NCBI GenBank assembly: GCA_011682695.1
Contig: JAACED010000005.1
Location: 2,488 to 66,487, forward strand
Direction: 5' to 3'
DNA from: Gammaproteobacteria bacterium
GTDB lineage: Bacteria; Actinomycetota; Acidimicrobiia; Spongiisociales; UBA4744
DNA length: 64,000 nucleotides
Position 1 is the stretch's first letter. Every line of letters starts with the position of its first letter. Below the pieces are notes generated by a model. That model had not been told where the DNA came from, made no database searches, and saw nothing but the letters and a program-made list of their open reading frames with translations. The translations under genes were made by a program, and so were the position numbers. Below, piece after piece: positions 48,178 to 57,860 of the stretch.

Positions 48178-48446
48178 TCTTCGAAGTTACTCTCGACGAG
48201 TCGCTTGAGCGTTGAGATAGCTGCCTCCTCGTCGGGGCCGTCGGCTTGGATACGAACCTCATGGTTCTTCGCTACCGCGATCCTGAATACGGAGATGATG
48301 CTCTTCGCATCAACGGGATCACTCCCACGAGTGAGATTGGTGAGGGTGATCGAGCTGTCGAACCCTTGGGCGGCCTTGACGAATATCGCGGCCGGGCGCG
48401 CGTGTAGCCCAACTTCATGCCTGACGACGACTGTGGTCTCAACCAT
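48174..48446 (-). CDS. ptsH: Phosphocarrier protein HPr
   Basis: 90 aa; GLHARPA (His15 region). Confidence 0.85.
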   Translation of the reverse strand: MVETTVVVRHEVGLHARPAAIFVKAAQGFDSSITLTNLTRGSDPVDAKSIISVFRIAVAKNHEVRIQADGPDEEAAISTLKRLVESNFEE

Positions 48447-49041
48447 CTGTCCAACTCCTGTCGCTCATATGTACGGTGATGGTGGCAAGGAACTCGGCAG
48501 CTTCGAGCCGAGTGACCGCAGTGCCCACATCGTCTCCGACAGCCAGTACACCCATCCCTCGAATCACGGTCACGCCTTCTGGAAGAGGTTCTGTCGCCAC
48601 ACCCAGCCGGATGGAACCTGCAGCTTCACTCATGGATGCCACAACAGGCTCCGGCACACGATGTTGCTCGGCGAGAGCCAGCAGCATGGGCGGCAATCCC
48701 CATGCTGCCGCCTCATGGAAAGCAAGGGCGGCGACGAGCGGATCGGAGTCATCGATGGGAACCGTATCCAACGCTCGATTGTCGATGCAGCCCAGGTCGG
48801 CGCCTACAGCGGTTCGCGTCGCGGACTTGTCGGACCGACGGACGGCGACCGCTCCCAGTGTTGCGGGAGCCAATCCGGCCGCCAGGAGACGTTCGGCGGC
48901 GCGACGAATCTCCGCGACCAGATCACGCTCCGATGGAGCGGCGTAGAGCAAGTCATTGCGGATACGATCGACACGCCGGGGCTGCATTTGAACGGCGCGA
49001 TCGACCGAGCGACGCATGATTCGCCGGAGCAGTCCTTTCAT
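48439..49041 (-). CDS. Hypothetical protein, class II aldolase/adducin-like (degenerate?)
   Basis: Overall resemblance to FucA-fold proteins but metal-binding His residues are not evident. Weak. Confidence 0.35.
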   Translation of the reverse strand: MKGLLRRIMRRSVDRAVQMQPRRVDRIRNDLLYAAPSERDLVAEIRRAAERLLAAGLAPATLGAVAVRRSDKSATRTAVGADLGCIDNRALDTVPIDDSDPLVAALAFHEAAAWGLPPMLLALAEQHRVPEPVVASMSEAAGSIRLGVATEPLPEGVTVIRGMGVLAVGDDVGTAVTRLEAAEFLATITVHMSDRSWTDG

Positions 49042-49046
49042 GGGCT

Positions 49047-50336
49047 TCAGTGCTCGGCCGTTTCGAGATCCTGGAGCCGTCTCAGGTTGACGACGGTGAG
49101 CGACTCGTCGAGTGCGACGTCGTCATAGGCCAGGGTTTGGCCCATCTCCACATCTCGCAAGATCTTCGCTCCGGGTGCCAAACCCAAGGGGAGAAGGCAC
49201 TGTTGGCGTGCAATGTCGGCACGTTCAATCAGTCCGTAGACAGTGAAGCCACCGAGACCGTCGATGATTTCGCCGGCCTTCAGCGGTCTCTTGGCCACGG
49301 TGATGGCTTCCGCCGTTGGATGAGCATCGGTTGCGAGTGTCGTTTCGCCCATGAGTGCGGCTCGGGCGATCCATACAGGTGTCTCCAGGCTCGTCAGATG
49401 ATACGGACGGTAGAGCGCCCAGTAGGGTCCCGGGCCCATCGACAGATACTGAAGATCGCGTATCAGTTTTGGGTGGTCCGTCGTGAACGTCACGAACACA
49501 CCAGGGGCGATTCCTAGACCGAAGTCGACCACCCCTTCATGTGACTCGATTCCTCCGGCATCACGAGGAACGTACGTTTGAGCCAGTGCCTCTTGCGTCA
49601 CATTGGGTCCGTGCATTCCCCGTATGTCAGGTATGAATTGTATGCCGTTTGCCAGCGATGTCATCTCCACCATCGTCTTGGTGCCGTCAACGAAAGAGGC
49701 GAGCATCTTTGGATTCATCTTGCGGGCTCGCGCCATCTCGGCCATGGAATCGGGGTTCGCCGAGCGGTCGAGTGGATTGTTCTTTCCTTTGCCGGCGGCG
49801 ACGACTTTGAATCCAAGACTGGTGGCAAAGTCGTAGAGCTCCATCGTGGCACCTGGCTCATCGCCTCCGGTCAGCGTGTAGACCACGCCGGCGGCCTTGG
49901 CCATCTTGCGAAGGATGTAGCCAACGGTGGCATCCGTCTCGACATTCATCTGCATCACGTGCTTGCGGGCCAGGATCGCGTGATAGGCGACACGGGCTCC
50001 AACATCGGGGATTCCTGTCGCCTCCACGACCACATCCAGTGGCTCGATCGTTGCTGCAAGATGGGCCCTTGTGGTGGCGACACGTTTGCCTGCATACACG
50101 GCATCTGCAGCCTTGTCCGGATCCTCGGTGTCGACGATGTCCGATGCGTCTACACCGGCGGAGAGGAGGACTTCTGTGGCACGCCCCGGCACGACGTCGG
50201 CCACGACCACTACGCGCATTCCGTAGACGGTCTCCATCTGGCTTACCAAGCCCTCACCCATCTGGCCGGCGCCTGCGAGACCAATGCGCACGATCTCCCC
50301 GCGTTCCTCGCGCGATTTCAGTAGCGGTAACAGCAT
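49047..50336 (-). CDS. NAD(P)-binding oxidoreductase with C-terminal SAF domain (COG4091-like)
   Basis: Start ATG overlaps the srlB stop (TGATG). Rossmann GLAGAGQMG. Occupies the position where srlD would be expected. Confidence 0.6.
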   Translation of the reverse strand: MLLPLLKSREERGEIVRIGLAGAGQMGEGLVSQMETVYGMRVVVVADVVPGRATEVLLSAGVDASDIVDTEDPDKAADAVYAGKRVATTRAHLAATIEPLDVVVEATGIPDVGARVAYHAILARKHVMQMNVETDATVGYILRKMAKAAGVVYTLTGGDEPGATMELYDFATSLGFKVVAAGKGKNNPLDRSANPDSMAEMARARKMNPKMLASFVDGTKTMVEMTSLANGIQFIPDIRGMHGPNVTQEALAQTYVPRDAGGIESHEGVVDFGLGIAPGVFVTFTTDHPKLIRDLQYLSMGPGPYWALYRPYHLTSLETPVWIARAALMGETTLATDAHPTAEAITVAKRPLKAGEIIDGLGGFTVYGLIERADIARQQCLLPLGLAPGAKILRDVEMGQTLAYDDVALDESLTVVNLRRLQDLETAEH

Positions 50337-50710
50337 CAATGCTCTCCTTTGAGAATCCGCACGACAGTGCCAGGCGTGACGTTCGGTGCCGGAACTTCGG
50401 GGACGCTCACGTCTCCGGGAAGTTCGGGTTCGGTGCACCCGTTGAACTTTACGATGAGGTGTCCGAGATTGGCCAGGTTCTCGTTTGCGACGTCTCCCAC
50501 ACAGAGCACCGGGTACGGTTCTGTGCCTATCTCGAGGATGTCGCCGGCCTCGACTGGGGAATGCAATTTGTCATGATCAATGAGAATGGCGAACTCGTGG
50601 AGTTCCTCGGGGGCTTCTTCGCCGAAGAACACGAGGATGCCTTCTGCAGCGAACGCCTCGGCCATTTCCCCTACGCTGATCACGGTTGTTTCATACTTGA
50701 CGGTGGTCAT
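50336..50710 (-). CDS. srlB: PTS glucitol/sorbitol-specific EIIA component
   Basis: ~124 aa starting MTTVKYETTVISVGE. Size and composition fit the SrlB/GutB family. Confidence 0.7.
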   Translation of the reverse strand: MTTVKYETTVISVGEMAEAFAAEGILVFFGEEAPEELHEFAILIDHDKLHSPVEAGDILEIGTEPYPVLCVGDVANENLANLGHLIVKFNGCTEPELPGDVSVPEVPAPNVTPGTVVRILKGEH

Positions 50711-50802
50711 GGCATTAGTCACCCCACCCGGCCGCCGGCCGGGCCCATCGAGCGTGGGATGGGATCCGGCGGTCAACCGGATCCCATCGCGTCGGACCTT
50801 GC

Positions 50803-51351
50803 TCAGTCCTCGATCAAGGAGATGTTGTCGACATCAACCCCGGAGACGAAGTTCTCCTCGGTGATGAATCGCGCCAACGGACCCGAGGGACTCGCCCCGT
50901 GCACGTCGACGGTCAGCACACCCTTCATGGGGTACACACCGATGCGAGCCGTGCCACCACAATCGATGACGGCGACTGCAATCTCGCTGAAGCCGGCTTT
51001 CGACTTGAAACCGTCGAATGGCCTCCCACCGGTGAGGTCTGCGATGCGCTGAGCGACCGGGTGGATGCCTCCTCCGGTCACGGAGTAGATCAGGTCCCTT
51101 CCTGGTTCCGGCTGGATGACCAGTCCTGTGCCCCACCCTTTCATGCCGCGTCCGACGCGCACCTTCCGATACCCTCCCTCAGGAGGCGAAGGCTGCGCAG
51201 GCTCGGCAGGGACCTCGACGGTCTCGGCGGCAGCCTCGTCTGGAGCGGACTCTGCGGTCGTGGCCGTCTTTTCGGCCTCCGGCCGAGTCGCATCCTCCGT
51301 TGCTTCAGCAGCTTCTTTGGGGGACTTCTTGTGCCGTTTCAGAAAACCCAT
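50803..51351 (-). CDS. srlE: PTS glucitol/sorbitol EIIB domain protein (SrlE N-terminal-domain-like) with Ala/Glu/Pro-rich N-terminal extension
   Basis: IAVAVIDCGGTARIGVYP...GASPSGPLARFITEENFVSGV matches the E. coli SrlE EIIB region (IGVAVIDCGGTLRCGIYP...GKSGPLAQYIVEDIYVSGV). Confidence 0.7.
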   Translation of the reverse strand: MGFLKRHKKSPKEAAEATEDATRPEAEKTATTAESAPDEAAAETVEVPAEPAQPSPPEGGYRKVRVGRGMKGWGTGLVIQPEPGRDLIYSVTGGGIHPVAQRIADLTGGRPFDGFKSKAGFSEIAVAVIDCGGTARIGVYPMKGVLTVDVHGASPSGPLARFITEENFVSGVDVDNISLIED

Positions 51352-51375
51352 TCGAACAACGCCTCCTCTTGTCGA

Positions 51376-51912
51376 TCAGGCGTACATACCGATGCTGGCT
51401 GCCCACCCGATCACCACGGCTATTGGACCCGTGATCATCCGGGAGAACAGCACTGCTGGTACCCCGATCTCTACAGTCTCTGGTTCTGCTTCTCCAAGCG
51501 CGAGACCTACTGGAATGAAGTCGCACCCAACCTGGGGGTTGATGGCCCACAAGGCCGTCAATGCCATGGCCGGCGAGATATTCCCTCGGCCGATCTCAAC
51601 ACCGATAAGTGTACCGATGATCTGCGCGATGACTGCTCCGGGACCCAACAGTGGTGAGAGCAACGGAAACCCGATGATCACCGAAAGGATGAGGAGTCCA
51701 ATGACATTGCTGGCCAAGCCTTTCAGACCGTTGGCCAACCAGTCGCCGACGCCTGTTGCAAGGATGATGCCGATGACAAAAGCGATGAATGCCATGAACG
51801 GAATCACGGTCTTCAACACAATGTCTACAGCGTCGCGGCCTGCCTGAAACAGGGCTCCGACCACCAGGCCGGTTCCCTTACCGAGTCGAGTCAAGAAATC
51901 TTGCATGTTCAA
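51376..51912 (-). CDS. PTS glucitol/sorbitol EIIC2 membrane domain protein (SrlE C-terminal-domain-like)
   Basis: 178-aa multi-TM protein between srlA and the EIIB gene. Confidence 0.6.
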   Translation of the reverse strand: MNMQDFLTRLGKGTGLVVGALFQAGRDAVDIVLKTVIPFMAFIAFVIGIILATGVGDWLANGLKGLASNVIGLLILSVIIGFPLLSPLLGPGAVIAQIIGTLIGVEIGRGNISPAMALTALWAINPQVGCDFIPVGLALGEAEPETVEIGVPAVLFSRMITGPIAVVIGWAASIGMYA

Positions 51913-51922
51913 TCCTCCTCGA

Positions 51923-52468
51923 TCAGGCGGCTGGGATCAGACCGCTGCGCTTCCACAGGAATGCAGTGATCCGCTCGGTAACGATTCCCCGGATTTGGAT
52001 GACCACGAGTCCGGTGAGCAAGTAGCGGACGGCCAAGTCCGTGACGCTCAATCCGAGAGCTTCGATGCCGGTCGCAATGCCGAGCCAAACGAAGAGCTCA
52101 CCCGGGTTGATGTGCGGGAAAATCCCCAGTGGGGGATGCACATACGACACCGCAGCGTCATAGAACGCCGGCTTGTACTTCTCCGGGAGGAACTGGCCAT
52201 TGGTGTACGCCATCGGATTCGTCAGGAAGAACACCGAAAGCACGGGCCAGACTACGTACCTGATGGGGTAGTAGATAATCCCTTCGCGAGCTGCCCATTC
52301 ACCAAACTTGTTCACGCGTTCCGGCCCAATCAGCGCGATCAGCGCGTTTACGCCGGTAAGCAGCACGATGAGCAGCGGAACGATTCCGACCAGCAGACCG
52401 GAGAAGACATCGGCACCTTGCTTGAAGACACCGATGAAAGCTTCAGCCCAACTTGCTAGTAATTCCAT
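51923..52468 (-). CDS. srlA: PTS glucitol/sorbitol EIIC component
   Basis: [16 protein letters not shown] and YKPAFYDAA match SrlA ([25 protein letters not shown]). Confidence 0.8.
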   Translation of the reverse strand: MELLASWAEAFIGVFKQGADVFSGLLVGIVPLLIVLLTGVNALIALIGPERVNKFGEWAAREGIIYYPIRYVVWPVLSVFFLTNPMAYTNGQFLPEKYKPAFYDAAVSYVHPPLGIFPHINPGELFVWLGIATGIEALGLSVTDLAVRYLLTGLVVIQIRGIVTERITAFLWKRSGLIPAA

Positions 52469-52547
52469 TGTCTCTCCTCTCAGACTGACAGCGTCTGTTT
52501 ACTTTCGGTCCGCTGTAGTAACCGGTCTCACTTGCGCGTTATGTCAT

Positions 52548-52988
52548 TCAGTCATCCTCCTCAGATCCGTCCACCCTCGATTCAATTGACGAGGAACGTT
52601 TGTCTCTCGCGTTCTTGAGAAAGCCTGCCGCCTGTTCGAATGCCGCCCAGGTCTTGTCGCTTACTCCGGCCGGGGGTGTCCCGAGGCCAAGATTGTCGAG
52701 CTGCCAGCCGACGACGCTAGGAACAGGCTGAAGGCCGGCGAAGATGGTGAACCCGGATAGGCGCTCTGCAGCGACGACTACGTCGGATTGGTCGATGACC
52801 GCGACGACATAGGTCTTGCGCTTCCAGTTCGAACCGGCCATGCCGATGGACATTGTGCTTCCCAGGCGGCGAAGATCCTGGGCACGTCCATGGAATCGAT
52901 GCATTTGCCATGTGGAGAGACCGAGTTGGATGAGCCAGGCAACCACGAGAAGGATGAGCAGCATGATCGTTTTGGACTCGAACATCAC
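52548..52988 (-). CDS. gutM: Glucitol operon activator GutM-like
   Basis: N-terminal TM (VVAWLIQLGLSTWQ), KRKTYVVAVIDQ...FAGLQPVP resembles GutM. Confidence 0.65.
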   Translation of the reverse strand: MMFESKTIMLLILLVVAWLIQLGLSTWQMHRFHGRAQDLRRLGSTMSIGMAGSNWKRKTYVVAVIDQSDVVVAAERLSGFTIFAGLQPVPSVVGWQLDNLGLGTPPAGVSDKTWAAFEQAAGFLKNARDKRSSSIESRVDGSEEDD

Positions 52989-53962
52989 GCCACCTCACTG
53001 ATAGATGTATTTGTATCGATATGGAGGATCGCCTCGGCGGCGGTGGAATCGGTGACGAGGGCATCCAGATACCCGCCTCTGAGCACGGAGAGGATCGCAG
53101 TGGCCTTGCCCTTTCCCGCTGCGACCGCCATGACGAAAGGTATCGAGGTGAGGTCTTCCAGCGGCATGGCCACGATTCTTCGGTTCTGGGGCAGATCTGC
53201 AGGGCGTCCCCGGTCGTCGAACAAGAAACCCAAAAGATCTCCCACGACGCCACGTTCTTGGAGCTCGGTAATTGTTGCCCGGTCGAAGTATCCGGCGCGG
53301 ACGATGCCCGGAATCTGGCCGACAGATCCGATACCTGTGATGGCCACGTCACTCTCTCGGGCAAGGTCCAACGTGTGCCTGATTGCCTGCTGGGATAGGA
53401 GCGATTGGGCAGTCTCCTCCCGGTCCACGAGAAGAGGAGTCGCCAGGAAGTGATAGTCGCCATTCAGTTTCTCGGCAAGCAGCCTGACGATGCCGGAACC
53501 GTCGATGGAAGGGTCTCCTTCGCCGATGGAGCCCATCATCTGCACGGCCGAGACTCCCCGAAGCTGTATCTCTGGCATCGCTCTCACGACATGGAAAAGG
53601 GAAGCTCCCCATCCGACGGAAATACGCATGTCGGAGTGGAGATGACTTTGGAGAGACCGTGCAGCGAGGCGACCTACCCGAGCTAGAAGTGTTTCATACG
53701 CAAGGCCACGATTGTCGAGCACTCGAGCTTCCGTCAACCCGTAACGTTCCACGAGCTGCTGTTCCAAGTCTGGACGTGAGCGCAGCGGGAACTTGACCCG
53801 GATTTGCACCAATCCGGCTTCGCGAGCCTCACGCAGCAGACGCGAGACCATCGACCGTGATTTTCCGATGCGGAGTGCTATCTCGCGCTGGTCGAGATTC
53901 TCCTCGTAATACCAGACGACGATCTGGCCCAACAACTCGAGCCGTTCCTCGCTCGCAGGCAT
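52985..53962 (-). CDS. SorC-family transcriptional regulator of the glucitol PTS cluster
   Basis: HTH (QREIALRIGKSRSMVSRLL) plus SorC sugar-binding domain. Confidence 0.8.
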   Translation of the reverse strand: MPASEERLELLGQIVVWYYEENLDQREIALRIGKSRSMVSRLLREAREAGLVQIRVKFPLRSRPDLEQQLVERYGLTEARVLDNRGLAYETLLARVGRLAARSLQSHLHSDMRISVGWGASLFHVVRAMPEIQLRGVSAVQMMGSIGEGDPSIDGSGIVRLLAEKLNGDYHFLATPLLVDREETAQSLLSQQAIRHTLDLARESDVAITGIGSVGQIPGIVRAGYFDRATITELQERGVVGDLLGFLFDDRGRPADLPQNRRIVAMPLEDLTSIPFVMAVAAGKGKATAILSVLRGGYLDALVTDSTAAEAILHIDTNTSISEVA

Positions 53963-54050
53963 GAATACCCTCCCAGATACCCGCAGTCAACGTGAGTATT
54001 TTCAGTTGCAGGGACTGTATGCCGGTACTCACGGACGCGTCAATGAGTGT

Positions 54051-54084
54051 GTGCACATATGTGCATCCTCGGTGCACTTATGTT
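54051..54084. promoter_or_regulatory. Operator candidate in the divergent gut promoter region: 14-bp perfect palindrome TGCACATATGTGCA plus downstream half-site repeat GTGCACTTATG
   Basis: Read directly. AT-rich. Lies in the 271-nt intergenic region between the SorC regulator (-) and the serine hydrolase (+). Confidence 0.5.
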
Positions 54085-54232
54085 CTCTGTCACTGTCAGC
54101 AGCACAGTATCGATTTCGGTGGCGGGCCTCCAAGTTCGAAAGAGGCAAGGTGGTGTTGTTCCAAGGGCGGTTGGCATGGTGGAGGCGCCGGGTGATCCTG
54201 CCCCGTCGGATTCCACTCCTCACTAGGCTCGG

Positions 54233-55432
54233 ATGAATCGACACGGGAGAATCCTGATGGTCCACGGCCACTGTGACCGAGCGTTCGATACGGTTCGTGA
54301 GGCATTCGCCGCCAATTTCGCGGAGCGCGCGGAGACCGGAGCGGCGCTCAGCGTCTACGCAGACGGACGCAAGGTCGTGGATCTGTGGGGTGGGGATGCC
54401 GGCCCCGGACGACCGTGGGAGCAGGACACCATCACCCCGGTGTGGTCGGCGACCAAAGGGATCACGGCGCTGGTCGTGCAGCGTCTCGTCGATACCGGGC
54501 GACTCGGACTCGACACACCCGTGGCGCACTGGTGGCCGGAGTTCGCCCAAGGCGGCAAGGAGAAGATCACGGTCGCCGATGTGCTCACCCACGGCGCCCG
54601 TCTGCCCTATCCGCCGGGCTACGCCGAGATCGTCACGGCTGACGGGCCCGAGGGGTGGGACCGTGTCGAGGACCTCACTCGGCTACTCGAGCAGGCCGAG
54701 CCCATCTGGCCGGAGGGTACCCATGGCTACCACTCCGTGACCTTCGGGCTCCTTCTCAACGGTGTCGTGCGCCGGGCGACCGGCAGCAGCATCGGAGCGT
54801 TGCTCCGCGACGAGATCGCCGGGCCGCTCGGGATCGAGGCCGCCTGGATCGGACAGCCCGCAGAGGTCGAGGACAGGGTGGCACATCTCGAACTCACCAT
54901 CCCTCCGCCGCCCACCGATGATCCCGAGATCCTGGCGTTCATGGCCCACGCCATGAGCTCGGAGGGATCCATCGGCCGTTCGCTCTTCGTCGGACCGTCG
55001 GGGGCGATGAACTTCACCGCGGTAGGGAACGATCCCCGGTTCCGGGCCGTGGAGCACCCTGCGGCCAACGGTGTCGTCGATGCACGATCCCTGGCCCGGG
55101 TGTACGCCGCACTCGCGGGCGGCGGGGAACTCGACGGTGTTCGCGTAGTGTCCGAGGAGTCCATCGCCCGGCACAGTGCCGAGCAATGGCACGGCAACGA
55201 TGCCACGCTGATGGCCGAGAAGCGATACGCCCTCGGCTACATGCTGCCAGGTACCCCCACCGAGCGATACGGCCCTGCCGACAAGGCATTCGGGCACCCG
55301 GGGATGGGGGGTTCGCTCGGTTTCGCCGACCCCGGGATCGGATTCGGATATGTCACCCGGCACATGGTGTTCGAGATCACAGTGGACCCGCGTGTCGACG
55401 CGGTGGCCGACGCCGTGTATGCGAGCCTCTGA
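54233..55432 (+). CDS. Serine hydrolase, beta-lactamase/esterase family (class C-like)
   Basis: SATKG (S-x-x-K) nucleophile motif. 399 aa. Confidence 0.8.
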   Translation: MNRHGRILMVHGHCDRAFDTVREAFAANFAERAETGAALSVYADGRKVVDLWGGDAGPGRPWEQDTITPVWSATKGITALVVQRLVDTGRLGLDTPVAHWWPEFAQGGKEKITVADVLTHGARLPYPPGYAEIVTADGPEGWDRVEDLTRLLEQAEPIWPEGTHGYHSVTFGLLLNGVVRRATGSSIGALLRDEIAGPLGIEAAWIGQPAEVEDRVAHLELTIPPPPTDDPEILAFMAHAMSSEGSIGRSLFVGPSGAMNFTAVGNDPRFRAVEHPAANGVVDARSLARVYAALAGGGELDGVRVVSEESIARHSAEQWHGNDATLMAEKRYALGYMLPGTPTERYGPADKAFGHPGMGGSLGFADPGIGFGYVTRHMVFEITVDPRVDAVADAVYASL

Positions 55433-55536
55433 GGTGTGACCTTCGGCCTGGCGCCGCCTCGCGCCGTTGGCCGACGGAGGGCTTCGTTCGGGATCCGGGT
55501 GTTGGGACGGTGTGCCGCCGGGGCGAGTGACGGCGC

Positions 55537-56808
55537 TCAGGGCGGTGTGCCGCTGGTCGTGTAGGTGTGGCCGAGCTTGGTGGTCCATCGGTGGTCGCCG
55601 CCGGGGAGGGGCTGGTGGGTCCATCCGGCGTCGTGTCGGATGCGGTGGTCGTGGCGGCAGAGGGGTGCGAGGTTCGTGACGGTGGTGGGACCGCCGTCGC
55701 CATACGGTGTGCCATGGTCGAGGTCGCAGCTTGCCGCGGGCATGCGGCATCCGGGGAAGACACAGGTCGGGTTGCGGGTCTCGACGTGTCTGCGCTGGCC
55801 TGTGGTGGGTCGCCGCCGCGTGGTGCCGTGGTAGGCCGGTTGTCCGGTATCGGGGTCGGTGACGGTGAAGCGCCATTGGCCGGTTTGGTTTTGTTCGGTG
55901 ACCTGTCGGGCGATGTCGGCGATGACGGGTCCGTAGCCGGCCAACTCGCCGGGATGATCGCTGAGAGTCGCCAGAGTTTCGAGGTCGACGCGGATCTCGA
56001 CGACACCTCTGGTCTTGGTGGCGTGGGTGGGCGTGCCGTCGAGCAGGTCCAGGAAGACGTCGGCGCGTAGTTGATCCATGGTGCGGGATTCGTCGGCCGT
56101 CTTGAGGCTGCGGGCGAGGTGGTCGATCTTCGCGGCCGCGGCGGTGACCCGATCCGGGGCGAGATCGAGGCCGAGGAGGTGGGCGGTTCCCGACTCGGTC
56201 GGTTCTGCGATGAGGCGCCGTTCACCGACCGCCCGTTGATACCGTTGTCGGGCATCGTCGGGGTCGACATCGATGCAGAGCCTACGGATCCGTGCTGCGA
56301 GCTGTCCGGATGTAAGGCGAGGCGCATCCCCCAACACGCGGTCGGTGACATCACGGGCAAGAGCGATCGGCAGATGTTCCGTCCCGTAGCTGATGGTCTT
56401 GGCGCGGCGCAGGTCGATGTCTCCGGCGGCCAACTCATCCCAGACTCGGGGGAGACGCCGTCTCAGGACGAAAGCGAAGGCAAGTTCCGAGTCGGCAGCC
56501 CGTCGGGTCAGCCGCAGCGCGACCCGAATCTCGGCCGCCGCGGACTCCACCGCCAATGCGTCGTCGGACTCGCCTGTCGCGTCGGCGACAGCAGCCATAT
56601 CCTCATAGATTCGGGCCTGGTAATGCGACGCCATGCGTTGATGAGCCCGCAGTACCACGATGCGGTCATACCCGGACAGCTCCCCGACATCGATCGTCGT
56701 CAGGAACGCAGCCAACACGGGACCCGGCTCCAACTCATCGAGCCGGTCGGGGATCACTGCAGCCTCGCTATCGAACATATGTTCGATCATACAGGGTCCC
56801 ACCGACAA
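55537..56808 (-). CDS. DUF222 plus HNH endonuclease domain protein (REP13E12-like)
   Basis: C-terminal CDLDHGTPYGDGGPTTVTNLAPLCRHDHRIRH HNH motif preceded by a DUF222-type region. Such genes are common in Actinobacteria. Confidence 0.8.
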   Translation of the reverse strand: MSVGPCMIEHMFDSEAAVIPDRLDELEPGPVLAAFLTTIDVGELSGYDRIVVLRAHQRMASHYQARIYEDMAAVADATGESDDALAVESAAAEIRVALRLTRRAADSELAFAFVLRRRLPRVWDELAAGDIDLRRAKTISYGTEHLPIALARDVTDRVLGDAPRLTSGQLAARIRRLCIDVDPDDARQRYQRAVGERRLIAEPTESGTAHLLGLDLAPDRVTAAAAKIDHLARSLKTADESRTMDQLRADVFLDLLDGTPTHATKTRGVVEIRVDLETLATLSDHPGELAGYGPVIADIARQVTEQNQTGQWRFTVTDPDTGQPAYHGTTRRRPTTGQRRHVETRNPTCVFPGCRMPAASCDLDHGTPYGDGGPTTVTNLAPLCRHDHRIRHDAGWTHQPLPGGDHRWTTKLGHTYTTSGTPP

Positions 56809-57160
56809 GAACCACCCTCCAAGAACGACATATGTGCCGATCCGTTTTCGTGTGACGATTCGGCGTGTTCTGGCTCCTGGACTCGTGATCGAATGTGGGG
56901 AGTTGTAGAGCTTCTGAGGCTCTCAGGCCACAGATCGCCACGTCGATCGATCCGTCGTCCAGGAAATCGAGAGGCTCGGTGAAGTCATGCACCCGCAGCT
57001 CCACACGATCGGCATAGCTATCTCGTGCCAGCCGGATCATCTCCGTACTGGCATCGAAGCCGATGATCCGTTCGGCATCCTGCTCCAAGAGTCAATCGAA
57101 GTAGGCACCGGGACTGCAGCCGATGTCGAGCACGACCTTCCCCTTCACCGGAGGGAGCAG
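56768..57160 (-). pseudogene. Degraded class I SAM-dependent methyltransferase
   Basis: Motif I VVLDIGCSPGAYFD is followed by an in-frame TGA and then ...IIGFDAS...DVAICGL. No intact start upstream. Coordinates are approximate. Confidence 0.4.
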
Positions 57161-57303
57161 GGCTCAGCACAACGGACGCCAGGCTGTAGCGGAGGACTGC
57201 AAACGTGATCGACTGCAACGCTTCTTCGTCCAGGCCCCGACGGATCAGCACCCACGAGCTCCACAGGAACGTAACGGCAAGGGCGATTCCGATAGCGCCG
57301 AGA

Positions 57304-57739
57304 TGTGACGGCCAAACCCGGGACGCCGTTGCGACACTCCAACTTCGCCAAGCGAATCTGGCGGCCGGCCGTCGAAGCGGCGGGCGTCCCACCAGGGCTG
57401 CGCATCCACGACTTGAGACATACCGCTGTCGCGTTGATGATCGCAGCAGGCGCTCATCCTGAGCACATCAAACGTCACCTCGGGCACAGCTCGATCACCG
57501 TCACCATGGACCTGTACGGTCACCTGTTCCCGTCAGAGGCGGACACCATCGCGGAGCGTCTCGATCAGATGCTGCGCGAGTCTCAGACGGACAAACGACG
57601 GACAAAACCGCTCGAACTGACGTCGTGGAGCGGCCATGAACCCCCTGGTCAGGCCCCTGACCAGGACGTATTCGGGTGGGCCCGGCAGGACTCGAACCTG
57701 CGACTAACGGATTATGAGTCCGCTGCTCTGACCAACTGA
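57304..57739 (+). pseudogene. Tyrosine recombinase (phage integrase) C-terminal fragment whose 3' end overlaps the tRNA
   Basis: HDLRHT...HSSITVTMDLYGHL (catalytic His/Arg/Tyr box) only. The N-terminal two-thirds are absent. Confidence 0.6.
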
Positions 57740-57750
57740 GCTACGGGCCC
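57677..57750 (-). tRNA. tRNA with CAT anticodon (Met elongator or Ile2-lysidine type)
   Basis: Reverse complement gives GGGCCCGTAGCTCAGTTGGTCAGAGCAGCGGACTCATAATCCGTTAGTCGCAGGTTCGAGTCCTGCCGGGCCCA: a 7-bp acceptor stem, D-arm, CTCATAA anticodon loop and TTCGAGT T-loop. Confidence 0.8.
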
Positions 57751-57860
57751 CTGTTTGATTGTATGGTGCACTCGAGCAACCTGAGCTCAGGAAAGGTTCA
57801 ACTGCACCAGACACATTGTCGATAGCACGGTAACTGCATGTCGCCAGGGAAGGAACGAAT

